From the NCBI RefSeq assembly GCF_004010195.1, contig NC_057746.1, forward strand, positions 6,889,747 through 6,953,746: a stretch of 64,000 nt of DNA, read 5' to 3'. This stretch comes from Chiloscyllium plagiosum (Eukaryota). Every line of letters starts with the position of its first letter. Positions within the stretch are counted from its first letter, which is position 1. Below are positions 48,485-61,512 of the stretch, one piece after another. Position numbers and translations under genes: made by a program. A model generated the notes under the pieces. That model had not been told where the DNA came from, searched no databases, and was given only the letters and a program-made list of their open reading frames with translations.

Positions 48485-51400
48485 TTCGCTCTTTTGGACA
48501 GGTCCAACTTAGAAATATAAGTTCCTTGTCCCACCTTTTCAACACAGTCGTTCAAACATGTAATTGGATATGCATCAGTCTTTGGGATTGCATTGACCTT
48601 GATATTGTCCACACATAAACATTGGTTGCCATCTAGGTTTGGCAGCAGAACGATGGGTGAGCTCCAATCTCTATAACTCACTTCGAATATGTCTTCCAAG
48701 AGCATGCATTCAATCTTATTTGCAACCGGTGCCAACTTTAGCAGCTCGTTCCATATACACACCAGCCTGGTTGTGAAACTGTTGCCTCTCTGTTCTTTTT
48801 TAAATCTTTCCCCTCTCAATTTAAACCAATGGCCTCTAGTTTTGGGTTCCTTTACAATGAGAAAAAAAAAACCCTTGGCTATTCACCTTATCTATGCCCC
48901 TCAAGATTTTATAAACCTCCATAAAGTCACCTATCAGTCGCCAATGCTCCAGGGCAAAACATACTTCATGGAGCAGGGCAACAAAAATTGTAAGCACTAT
49001 TCCAAAATTGGTCTCACCAATGTGGTGTACAGCTGCAACATGGTTTCTCATGTCAATCCTAAACGCACTGACCAATGAATGCCTTCGTTACTATTTACCG
49101 GCAACACCAATTGCAAGGAGCTATTGTTATGGACCAGGCCAGACTCCCTCAAAACGTTTCAAGAAGGTAGACCAGACCTTAGCTCTTCTACTTGTTTTAA
49201 TCAGGTTTGAAAGGATATTCCAAGAGTGATGCCACTGGCCTAAATACACAGTTTTGTTATAAAAACAAGAGTTATTTGCAAGTTTCCCTAATGAAACGCG
49301 AACAAAAGTGAACAAAATATCGAATAACTTAGGTATTTAAAAACTCAATCAAATCTCTTGCAACTTCACCATGCTGTTCCAAGTCCTTGCGAGAACACCA
49401 TGAAAATCCCTGAGGAAAGAAAAAGGTAAAATCAAACACAAGATCTAACAGGAGGGAGAGAGAGGAGGGGGCAGCAGGGAGACACAGCATGGAATACCAT
49501 CTTCCATGTAAGATTAGATTAGATTACATTACAGTGTGGAAACAGGCCCTTCGGCCCAACAAGTCCACACCGACCTGCCGAAGCACAACCCACCCATACC
49601 CCTACATTTACCCCTTACCTAACACTACGGGCAATTTAGCATGGCCAATTCACCTGACCTGCACATTTTTGGACTGTGGGAGGAAACCGGAGCACTCGGA
49701 GGAAACCCACGCAGACACGGGGAGAAGGTGCAAACTACACACAGTCAGCCGCTTGAGGCGGGAATTGAACCCGGGTCTGCGGCGCTGTGAGGCAGCAGTG
49801 CTAACCGCTGGGCCACCGTGCCGCCCACTGTAACTGTTTCTTTGACCAGTAGACTCACACAGATTGCTTGCTAACCTCAAAACCAAACCAAACCAGAGCG
49901 AAGCTGAGGTGGGAGAACTGGCCACTCCCTCTTCATTGGACACGTGTTCTTTGTAAACGCTTGAAAACATTTCGCCTGAGGCAATATCTGTTATCTATAA
50001 TCAAATTGGCCCTAAATTCCATATAAACCAGACCTCCCGTAACTTCTGGGTTTTATCACCTCTGAAAACAAACCAAGGACAACATAACCTTGTTTAAGAA
50101 GCAGCATCATCACACCTCCCCCTTCAAAAAATGAACCATCAATATCCAAAGACGGCTTCAGTTTTAAACTCCATAATCTTCAATTGTTTGTACACTGCAA
50201 CATTAATATACATCACATTGACTATAAATCTGCAAACATGTAATCTAAATTCCATTCCATCTTGTTTTACTACCACCATCGAATCCTTCCCCTTCTCATC
50301 CAAGTCTTGACAATGCATTGGCAATCACATTTTCTCGTCCTACCACATGTACAATTTTCAAATTAAATAGTTATAACAACAAGCTCCATCTAAACAGCCT
50401 GGAAGTTTTTGTCTTTACATTTTTCCGCAAACTTCAATGGGTTATGATCAGTATATATGATTGTCTCATTTATGTTACTGATAACATAAATATTGAAGGT
50501 TGTAACACTGACACCAAGCTCAAAGTCTCCTTCTCAATTGTCGAATGTTTCTGCTGATGAATGCTCAATTCCCAGGAAAAATACCCCTTAGGTCTTTGGA
50601 TCTTCTCGTCATCTTCCTGTCAAAGCACAGCACCGACACCCACATCACTTGCATTGATAGCCACCTTGAATGGCTTCACATAATTCGGTGTGGCAGTGGT
50701 TAACACAGCTTTCAGGCTGTCAAATGACTTCTGCCAGTTCACTATCCACTGAAACTTCTTGTCTTTCTTTAGTAATTCAGTGAGTGAAGCAGCCACACTG
50801 CTAAAGTATGGTACGAACGTTTGATAAAAGCCACTCCATTCCAGGAATTGTAGCATGGCTGTTTTTGTCGATGGCATGGGAAACTCCTGAATGATCTTTG
50901 TGTTTGCATTCCGTGGTGCCATCTGTCCACGTCTAATAACATTGCCCAAGAAAGTGACTTGCACTTTGGCAAATGTATGTTTAGCCAGGTTTATCACAAA
51001 GCATGTCCCCCGAAGTCGATCAAACAATTTTGATAAATGTTGCAAATGTTCCTTCCATGTGTGAATGAAAATCATCAGGTCATCCAATATATACGACACA
51101 ATTGGGTAATCTGGAATGTCCTTACTGGTTAGTTTCTGAAATGTGGCTGGGGCATTTTTCATACTAAATAGCATGAATGTAAATTGATATAATCTATTCG
51201 GCTTTACAAAAACAGAATTGTCTTCACTCTTTTGGGAGAAAGTGAGGACTGCAGATGCTGGAGATCAGAGCTGAAAAATGTGTTGCTGGAAAAGCGCAGC
51301 AGGTCAGGCAGCATCCAAGGAGCAGGCGAATCGACGTTTCGGGCATAAGCATTCCTGAAGAAGGGCTTATGCCCGAAACGTCGATTCTCCTGCTCCTTGG

Positions 51401-51975
51401 ATGCTGCCTGACCTGCTGCACTTTTCCAGCAACACATATTTCGCTCTTTTGGACAGGTCCAACTTAGAAATATAAGTTCCTTGTCCCACCTTTTCAACAC
51501 AGTCGTTCAAACATGTAATTGGATATGCATCAGTCTTTGGGATTGCATTGACCTTGATATTGTCCACACATAAACATTGGTTGCCATCTAGGTTTGGCAG
51601 CAGAACGATGGGTGAGCTCCAATCTCTATAACTCACTTCGAATATGTCTTCCAAGAGCATGCATTCAATCTTATTTGCAACCGGTGCCAACTTTAGAGGG
51701 CTATGCCTATGCCTATTGTCACAGCATCGCTTATATCCTCATCATGCATAATTATGTTTGTACTTCTGAACTTATTTCCACATATCTCCCCATGCGATAC
51801 CAATAACTCTTTCAGGTCACCTCGATTTTCCTCTGAAGGTAACTCAGTAATTTATCACAATTTTGGACAACTTCTTCTTTATCCAATTTAATTTGAGGAG
51901 TGTTCAATTCAGGATCTTCTAAAATTGATCCTCCATTTTGTGTTGTAACACATTCTCGTTTGATTTCCTTCCCTG

Positions 51976-54900
51976 TGTTATGAAGTTGAAGTCGTTTACT
52001 ATACCTTTAAGAAAGAGTGAATGCTGCTTTGCACTGAGAGCTCACAAGCATCTGTCATATGACTAGCTAGCAGTCTCAGAGTGTAATGGAAAGTTGCAAA
52101 TATATAGCATTTGGATGTGAACTAGATACCTGAGTTGTTTCGACAACAATTCGAATCTAACCAATTGGTTTAAATTTTACCCCAGGATACTTAAACCCAA
52201 TCGAGTTTGGATTTATTGTTTTTGCAAATTTCGAAGCAATGAGATGATCCAATGTTTGGGGTGGAAAGAAGCAGACAGTTTGAAAGTTAGACAGAAAGTC
52301 AACTGCTATCGAGATTAAACTACCATCAAGAGTGACTGCCATTCAAAATACGTTCGATCCAAGGCACCTTTTTCATATGAGACATCTTCACAGTAAAAGA
52401 CAGAAGACGACCCCGAGAGATCTCTCAGCCGAAATAAGACAGGCACTGACGGTAAAAGCCGATGTGCGATTTTGAAATTAAGTTGATGCCATTTTAATAA
52501 CTTCTTTTTATTGGTACCGTATATTGTTATAAAGTTGGAGGCAGATAATAACCAGCTAAGAGAAAAAGAGAACAGAGTTGGAAATAGTTGCTGTTTAATG
52601 TTGACTTTTAGTGTTAAAGAACAAATCAATATTTTTTCTTTAAGTAATGAAATTTGGCAGTTCTCTATCACTCATACTTTAACAGATTGCGAAGCGAGAT
52701 GAGCTTCTCTGGGTGTTTGGTTTAATCAACAGAATGGTTCACTGCTGCGTCATAACAGTTTGGGGGCTCAGACTGTGATTTAGACAGATCCAGTCTCAGA
52801 TTTGGGACAGATTGAATAGATTTGGGGTAAAAAAGATCCCAGCAGATTTAAATAGTTAAGATATTTAAATAAAACGGAGGTGAGACAATTTGTTTAATTT
52901 TGATTAGTTGTGGTTGGTTAAATTAAAAGGGAGAAAATGACTCTTCAGATTACTGGGGTTTGAAGATGAGTCCCAAATTTACTAAGAAAGTTTAGAAAGA
53001 CAAAAAAAAACCCTCCGTACTTTTAGAATTGTGTTTAACCAGGTACCCAAGTAAAGCTGAAAAGTAAGGGAGTTAGTCAAGCACTTACGCACGTCAGCAA
53101 TACAGACAAGTGCAGCAGAGTTTGAAAACCCCATAATACAATGGAAGAAAATCGAGTTAGAAGATAAAGAAAGGGAAATAGAAAGAGAGAGGAGGAGAAA
53201 GCATTGTCATATACAAATATATTAAAACACTGCCACATTTTGATGAGAAAGATGCTGAAGCCTTCTTTATTTCATTTGAGAAATTGGCTTGATAGATGGA
53301 GTGGTCAGAGAACATGTGGGCAATGCTCGTTCAGACTAAACTGGTAGGCAGATCCAGTGACGTATTTGCAGTGCTGTCAGATGAAGTTTCAAGAGATTAT
53401 GAAGAGGTCAAAGGGACTATTTTAAGTGCTTATGAATTGGTATCAGACGTGCCCAGACAGAAACATACAGAAGGAACCAGGTCAGACTTATGTTGATTTT
53501 GAAAGTATTAAACAGAGTGATTATGATAGATGGTTGTGGGACTTAAAAATAGACTGGACCTTTGCAGCTCTCGGGGAGATTATATTGCTGGAGGAGTTTA
53601 AAAACTCACTTCCAGAGATGATAAGAATCCACTTGGATGAACAGAAAGCTCAAGAAGTGTGAAGAGCGGCAGAGATGGGAGATGAATATGCTTTGGTGCA
53701 AAAGATGAAATTTAGCCTCCGACAAAGGAGGGATGGAAATTGTGATCCTACATTACAAAACAAAGAGTAGAGCACACTGGTAATAGTTTACCACAGAATA
53801 AAGCAGAAGTCCAATATCATGAAAGGGAGGTGAATGGCTTCCGATGTTTTCACTGTGGTAATGTGGCACACGTGAAATCAAAGTGTAGGGGCTGGATGTA
53901 GAGTTAGTGCCTGACTTCGCCTCTGTGGGTAACGTTTACTCAGAAAGGACAGGGGGAGAAGAGGAAGACGTTATAATATTGAGAGATAAAGGATCTAATC
54001 AGTCTTTTATCGGAAGAGATGATCGTATTTGCATTCTTTCTGACCTGTTACCGGAGAGAGTGCACTAATTTGTGGGACAGATGGACAGAAATTTTGCATT
54101 CCCCTCTGTAAGATCAAGTTGGAGTACCAACTCAAGACTGAGAAAGTTACAGTCGGAGTGACTGACAGATTGTCAGTTCCAGGAATACAGTTTATTCTTG
54201 GAGATGATTTGGCAGGATCCAAGGTGGGAGTGACACCTCTTGTTGTGGAGAAGCCCAAAGCAGATCAAGAAACTGAAGAGTTAAAACAGAACTATCCTGG
54301 TATTTTCCCAGACTATGTAGCAACCAGATCCCACTGTCATAAGTTACAGCACGAAGCACAATGTAAATAGGAAGATGAAGGAGTTGAGGTTCAGTCAGCA
54401 AATGCCCTGTTTTACGTACTGTCAGGATTACCAGTACGTTTGGGATAACGCTATCCCTTACGTATTGTTTACCAATGGAGATGACCCAAACTAATTGATT
54501 TAGTCTATTGGCCTTGACTTAATTTTCAGCTACGAAGTGAGAGGGCTTTGAAATTAAGGAAAGAGAAATTGGCAGGATCAAAGTCGGAGATCTCACATTT
54601 GGATTACTTATTGGAGGTGAGGGAGCGATGAAGTCATGTAGCTGAGTTCGCTAAGTAGCACCTGAAGAGGACACAGCATAGAATGAAGCAGGTGGCAGAT
54701 AAACACACTGTAATTCAGATGTTTTCCCATGAGGATGACGTATTAATATTCTTACTAGTTAATGATATAGAAGATGGTATTAGCAATAACATTAGCAAAT
54801 TTGCTGATGATACAAAGCTGGGTGGCAGGGTGAAATGTGATGAGGATGTTAGGAGATTACAGGNNNNNNNNNNNNNNNNNNNNNNNNNNNNNNNNNNNNN

Positions 54901-56490
54901 NNNNNNNNNNNNNNNNNNNNNNNNNNNNNNNNNNNNNNNNNNNNNNNNNNNNNNNNNNNNNNNNNNNNNNNNNNNNNNNNNNNNNNNNNNNNNNNNNNNN
55001 NNNNNNNNNNNNNNNNNNNNNNNNNNNNNNNNNNNNNNNNNNNNNNNNNNNNNNNNNNNNNNNNNNNNNNNNNNNNNNNNNNNNNNNNNNNNNNNNNNNN
55101 NNNNNNNNNNNNNNNNNNNNNNNNNNNNNNNNNNNNNNNAACCAGAGGACACAGCTTAAAAACACGGGGTAGACCATTTAGGACAGAGGTGAGGAGAAAC
55201 CTCTTCACCCAGAGAGTGGTGGCTGTCTGGAATGCTCTGCCCCAGAGGGCAGTGGAGGCCCAGTCTCTGGATTCATTTAAGAAAGAGTTGGACAGAGCTC
55301 TCAAGGATAGTGGAATCAAGGGTTATGGAGATAAAGCAGAAACAGGATACTGATTAGGAATGATCAGCCATGATCATATTGAATGGCGGTGCAGGCTCGA
55401 AGGGCTGAATGGCCTCCTCCTGCACCTATTGTCTATTGTCTAGTGGTAGGAGATCACTTCAAAGCCAAGTTTAGTGGTCCCTGTCAAATTGAGAAATAAA
55501 TTGAGTCAGGTAAACTATCTGGTAAAAATGTCAGATAGAAAAAAAATTGCATTCAATATTTCATGTAAAAATGTTGAAACCTTATTACAATAGACAGAAG
55601 GAAGTGGATAAGCACGTGTTAGTTACTGCCCCACAGAATGAGGAATTAAATCCAGATGTTGTAGAGTTTGATGTGCCTCAAAATATGTCAAACAATGACG
55701 AAGCCCTTGAGGGCTGGGAAAGGCGAGTGAATAACTGTCTCAGGAGCAAAAAATGCAGTTGAATGGATTGCTGCAGCAACATGAGGACAGATGAAAGAAT
55801 ACAATGAGGTGTGCTATTCTGCATGAGGTGGAAATACTGTTCCAATAAAAAATCATCCCTATCGGCTTCATTCTTTCAAAGCCAGACAGGTCCAGAAAGA
55901 GGGGGAGGCGATGTACAACGAAGAAATCATTGAACTGAATCAGAGCGAGTGGATTTCCTCGATTGCATTAGTTCCCAAACCGGATGGGACTCAATGACTT
56001 TGCGTGGACTATTGGAAGGTTAACGCGGTAACAAAGGCAGACTCATATCCAATACCAGGAATTGAGGGCTGTGCAGAGAGAGTTGGACAAGCCAGTTGCA
56101 GCCCAAAGTTGGTCTGACTGTGTGGTAATTGGCAGGTCCTTTTATCAGAGAAAGCAAAATACGTTTCTGCATCTGTAACCCCAAATGGGCGAGATAAAAT
56201 CAAGTGATGACTTTTGGAATGAATAACACACCAGCCACATTCCAAAGAATCATGAGCAGAGTTGTGGCTGGTTTAACAAACTGTGTACTCTATCTGGATG
56301 ATGTAATGATTGTTAGTGAGCCATAGAACGATCACATGATACAGTTGGCAGTGTTCTTTGAACGATTGGGAAATGCAAAACTAGTAATAAACTTAGAGAA
56401 AACAGAATTTGCGACGGGAGAAATGACATTCCTGGGACATAACATCAGTCATGGAAGGTTGACCCCAAGTAATGCAAGGACGAAGGCCAT
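51976..56490 (+). mobile_element. Gmr1-type Gypsy LTR retrotransposon, decayed
   Basis: LTR 51976-52757 with TGTTATGA...TCATAACA; tRNA-Pro PBS TGGGGGCTC at 52761; SCAN-like gag, CFHCGNVAHVKSKC knuckle, protease remnant LRDKGS, and an integrase remnant placed before RT (LCVDY..., YLDDV). Confidence 0.85.
54757..55442 (+). mobile_element. CR1 3' fragment nested in the Gypsy element
   Basis: ISKFADDTKLGG...; (tattgtc)n tail. Confidence 0.85.
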
Positions 56491-56639
56491 CTCTCCCTGT
56501 GTATGAACAAATGTGCTTTATAGCAGGCAGATTAGTTTACCCCCATTAACGCAAAATGCACAACACAGTAGGAACAAAACAAACAAAATAAAAACACATG
56601 CTTGTGGTATCGAATTTGGAGAAGATTTGTCGCTCAGTT

Positions 56640-58635
56640 TGATTCTGGATGTAGGTTTGCTCGCTGAGTGGGAAAGTTTGGTTTCAGACGTTTCGTCACA
56701 GTACTAGGTAACATCATCAGTGAGCCTCCGGATGAAGCACTGGTGGTATGGTATCACAACAACATTAAGCAGGAAAAAGGAAGGAACACACTCAATATAC
56801 AAGAAAGGAAAGCATTAAAACAACTTTAAAAAAGACAAAATAACATTGTTATCCTACCTGCAGATGAAGTGCACCTGACAATCATTTTAAATCAAAGAGA
56901 GTACATTGAGAAACCGAACGCACTACAAACACTTACCAACAATAAATGTTGGTAGACCAGAACCACAACCAGAAAAATACTGGCATCCCTACTCAAAACA
57001 CTTCAGAAATCTGGAGAAATAAACAAGACTAACTTACAAGAAAGCAATCCAGATGGATCCAACACACCACGTTTCTATGGATTACCCAAAATTCACAAAC
57101 CATGAGCCTGCCTTAGATCCCGGAATAGCAACATACAGATTAGCCCAGAAGCAACACCAAAGACTAAAACACTTAGTAGAAGGCTAAAACGAATCCATTC
57201 ACTCCACACAAGAATTTCTGAAGACCGTCAAAGACACCAAGGTATAAAAGGACGAAACAATGGTCTCCTTTGTCGTAACAGCCGTGTTCATGTCCACCAA
57301 CAGCAACCTGGCCAAAGAAACATTGACTGCACTATCAGTAGGACCAAAGGCACAAACATCAATCAGCACCAACTTCATTAGCAAAGTCAGTATCGTCAAG
57401 CTTGTGGACCTACACATTACCACCCCTTTCATCTTGAACAATGAAACTTACATTCTAGATTAGAGTGGTGCTGGAAAAGCACAGCAGTTCAGACAGCATC
57501 CAACGAAACTTACATGGGATCTCCGAGACCAGGGTTTTAAGCTGAGGCAGAAATGCAGAGACTTGAACAAACAACTTTTACAACCATCCAACCCAAACTT
57601 TGGGTCCCCTACGTGGATGACACCTTTGTCATCATTCAATGAAACAAATTAGAGGAAACTATCAATAATACCCTTACTGGCGAAAACAAAATCACTAAAG
57701 AGGAGATAACAAACAATAAAACTGACATTTCTAGATGTCGCAGTAGATGGAACAGCCAAAGGGGAACTTCAAACAAGTGTCTCCAGGAAAACAACACATA
57801 CGGACAAATACTAAACTACATCCCAACATCCACAAACGAAGCTGCATTAGAACATTATTCCAACGAGCCACCACACACTGCAACACAGAGAAATTATGAA
57901 GACCAGAGGAAAGTCACAGAGACAGTGCATTCAAAATGAAAGAGTACTCAACAAAGCCAAACAACAGACAGAACACATCTAGAAATGTAGCCACTCTCCT
58001 CGTCATCAAAAGTATCTCGGAAATGACTGCCAGACTGCTCAGACCACTTGGTATGATGGTAGCCCATAAACCCACCAACACACTCAGACAGCAGCCAATG
58101 AACTTGAAGGACCCTATACAGACAACAAGAAAAACTAATGTCATGTTCAAAATACAATGCAAGAACAGTAACAAACATTACATTGGACAAACAGGCAGAT
58201 CATTAGCCTCCAGAAAACATGAACATCAACTAGTCACAAAAAGACATGGCCCACTCTCAGTCGTACCTTTACATACAAATGAGGAAAGACACTACTTCGA
58301 CTGGGACAACACATCCCATCCTCGGAAAAGCCAAACAGAGACATGTGCGAGAAGTTCAAGAAGCATGACATTCCAACCGGAACTCGAGCCACAAGCACGT
58401 TGACTTGAATACCATTTACCAACACCGAGAAAAAGATCAGGAAAAGACATCACCCCAGGAAATGATGTAACCACATGAAATGACGTTGCCAACCAAAGGA
58501 AACCTCGACACATAAATAAAAAGGGATCCATTCCACTAGTGTTTCACCTAGGATCTCACTGCTGATGTTAACTTGTATGGTGACGAAACGTCTGAAATCA
58601 AACCTTCCATCTCAGCGAGCAAACCTACACCCACA
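56640..58635 (+). mobile_element. Penelope-like retroelement (decayed RT plus GIY-YIG endonuclease) with inverted terminal repeat
   Basis: Fragments PRFYGLPKIHKP, MVSFVVTAVF, YVDDTFVI, FLDV and KHYIGQTGR; 56644-56746 is the reverse complement of about 58533-58632. Confidence 0.9.
56680..56726 (-). ncRNA. Minimal type-I hammerhead ribozyme in the Penelope inverted repeat
   Basis: tca-CTGATGA-T-GTTAC-loop-GTGAC-GAAAC-GTC-tga; the sense copy at 58559-58592 has a core mutation (CTGCTGA). Confidence 0.7.
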
Positions 58636-58829
58636 TTCTCGTGTCAGGAAAAAAAAATAGAGAAGGCATGTCAAATAAGTACATTTCTCTTGCATAGAAA
58701 TGTAGAAACAGAGTAAGTAGGAACAAGAGCAGCCCATTCAGCTCGAGAAGCCTGCTTCCCCATTCAGTAAGTTGCACCCCGACCTGGGTGTCATGGTTGA
58801 CCAGTTGCTGAATGTTGGCAGGCACGTGC

Positions 58830-59990
58830 AGCAGTGCGAGGAAAGCTAAGGGAATGACTGTTTTAATAAGATGATTTGAGTAGACGATTTGAGTGAAGGT
58901 GTAGAGATTTCTTGCTCAAGGAAAATAGGGTCTTGGTGCGGCTGCACCTTGAATTCTGTGTGCAGTTTTGGTCTTCTCATCCAAGGAATGACATTCTTGT
59001 GATTGAGGGAGTCCAGCAAAGGGTGACTAGACTAATTCGTAGGATGGCAGGACTGACATATGACGAAAGAATGGTTGATTGGGCTTGTACTCATTGGAAT
59101 TTAGAAGAATGGGAGGGGGAATCTCAAAAACATATAAACCCCTGCTGGGATTGGGCAGGCTCGATGCAGGAAGAATATTCCCAAAGCCAGGAAAGTCCAT
59201 TATCGGGAGTCACAGTCTAAGAATAAGGGGTAAGCCATTCAGGGCTGAGATGAAGGAAAATGCCTTCACTCAGTGAGTTGTGGAATTCTCTCCCACAGTA
59301 AGCTGTAGGGGGCAGTTTATTTGATATATTCAAGAGGTTGCTGGACGTGACCTTTGCGGCTAAAGTGATGGAGGGGTATGGAGAGAAAGTAGGAATGGGA
59401 TATTGAAATTGCACGGTCAGCCATGATAATATTGAATGATGATGCAGGCTCGAAGGGCTGAATGGCCTCCTCCTGCAACCATTTCCTATGTCTGCGAATG
59501 GTTCAATATTGTCATGGCAGCGGCTTCAACTCACTCCCAATTCCATCGCTCTCCCCAAACCACTTGACCCCTGTAGACTTAAGAATTAATTCTCCTTGGA
59601 AATATTCAACGTTTTGGCTGCAACTGCATTCTGTTGCAGAGAATTCTACAGACTTCCCACTACCTGGGTGAAGAAATTTCTCTTTATCTCAGAGTTAAAT
59701 GCCCTACCCCGGAATCATGTGAGCCTGTGACCCTCTAGTGCTAGTTTCCTGGTTATCAGGAGCATCATGGTGAAAGTTCATTGGGTTCCATGAGATTCCC
59801 ACCCATTCTACTAAATTCCAGTAAATATAGTCCGAATAAATCTAATCTCTCTCTTTTGACATGAGTCCTGTCATACAGTCAGTTAAAACGTCCCTCCCTC
59901 TATTACCAAGCCATCCTTCCTCAGATATGGAGACCAAAACTACACACCATAATGCATATGTGGTCTCACGAAGGCCCGAGATATAGAATT
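58830..59990. mobile_element. CR1 fragments (58830-59500 plus; 59520-59990 minus)
   Basis: LVRLHLEFCVQFW and GLYSLEFRRMGG motifs. Confidence 0.8.
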
Positions 59991-60272
59991 CTCCATCATT
60001 ATTGTAGGTAGGAATGGAAAGGTCGAACTCATTGTGTTTGTCAGGTCTGATAACCATTTGATTCTTGTCACATGAAAGCATTATTAAATAAAAGCGATTG
60101 AAGCAGTTTAATGTGGCTTGCCTTAAGGCTGTTTGTTCAATGGAGTGAAACTGATGCCAGTCATTGTGCAATGCTGAATCATCACTTGTAAGTACCGCCA
60201 ATTATAAATATGTGAACAGATGAACTTGCATCTTTTCATAAAGCTAACATAGGATTCCTCTTTACTGCGACC

Positions 60273-60342
60273 ATGGGAGAACCACTGATCCTACAAATCA
60301 AGTACATTTACTATCCTGTGCTTGCACTGATTGGCGTTCCTG
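60273..60342 (+). CDS. GPR139-like rhodopsin-family GPCR, exon 1
   Basis: ccATGG start; MGEPLILQIKYIYYPVLALIGVP+G, then gtaagg; supplies the first half of TM1 and splices in frame to 61513. Confidence 0.85.
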
Positions 60343-61512
60343 GTAAGGCACTTCTCGCTGGTAGCAGAACTTTCAATGTAGTTGTTACTGGTGTCAGAAT
60401 CAGGATACTGTTGCTTATTTTGAAGTGTTTGATTTGTGCACTGTAATAATTAGAATCAAAGAATCTGATCCAATTTCCAATTGTCAATTTTGTTAATCGA
60501 GAGGACGTAGTCTCTTCAAAGTCCAGTCCTGAATGAAGTTGCCTATGACTTGAGAGACAACATTTTACTTTTAAATCAGCATCAAGCTGTAGACAAGTGG
60601 AAAAGTTCTCAAAGTGACGTCCAGCTTCTTTGGGGAAGGGGAAAGGGAAATTCCATGTTAATGTTGTAACACTGGGAGAAATTGGTGAGATTCTGCCCTC
60701 TGGTAAAGACTCTGACACCCTGCTGGTGCACCAGAGCCACCCTGTCCTTGTCTTCATTCCCACAGCCCACACTGGCTGCCAACCCAGCAATGCAGATGAG
60801 AATATCAAACAGAGAGAAACTGTGGGTGTGCAGGTGCATTCAATGGTAACAACATTGAAAGGAGCCTTAACACACCAGCTCATGAGATGAAGCTGCTATT
60901 ACAAAAGTTCATGAATAAGGACTTTAGGAGCCATGTCTGATGGTGTTTGCATTTCCCATACCAGCAGGATCTCAAATCTTTCTGATAGACCCACATTCCC
61001 CTTTTGCAAATTTATCACTTGGAAAGAACTAGTATCAAGCCAAGCCACTGAGAAGGTGACAAGAGGGCCCTGCTTATTCAGCAGTACTCCAAGTCACATT
61101 CACATACTACAGCTTGAGTTGAAGTTTATTGTTAAACATTTCAATTCCAAAATCCATATGATCACTTTTTGCTCATCATGAAGCTAGCCGGAAAGTTGTG
61201 TTCCTCTGGGTTAATTTGCGTTGTTCCATCATAGTCTCTCGAAGCGATTCTGCCATGGAGTGTTGAACTAATCACAGTACTCCCTGTCCAGGTGATGGTA
61301 TTTTACAAAGATGGCAATGGCTGCACCTATCATCTTAAAGTTATTCAGAAAGTCCAGTGATTTGAATCCACAAGAACTGTAAATGCTGTGCTCACCCAAA
61401 AGACTGTGGAAAGAGAGTGTTTTGCCAATGAAGGACAAATATTAAAAATTACAGGTGAAATCCTCTTACATTGAAGAGTTTCTATGATCATTTATTTGTG
61501 TTCATTTTGCAG

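Larger units (their letters stand above)
46170..48735 (-). mobile_element. Gypsy (Gmr1-type) RT-RNaseH plus 3' LTR, decayed; second copy at 49125-51975
   Basis: KNAPATFQ, YILDDL and NASDVGVGAVL motifs; PPT (G-run on the minus strand) at 47159-47168 abutting LTR 46170-47158 (TGTGATG...CATAACA on the minus strand); no integrase after RNaseH. Confidence 0.85.
45782..51696. repeat. 2.95-kb direct tandem duplication (45782-48735 / 48736-51690)
   Basis: Identical ORFs offset by 2955 bp; CTTTAG at all three junctions. Confidence 0.95.

Noticed and set aside
2437-55319. Long ORFs consisting mostly of X
   Set aside because: Artefacts of N gaps; only the TM-exon portion of 5028..5618 is real.
60311-60890. 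190-aa minus-strand and 86-aa plus-strand ORFs
   Set aside because: They lie in the GPCR intron over decayed repeat sequence; no motif support.
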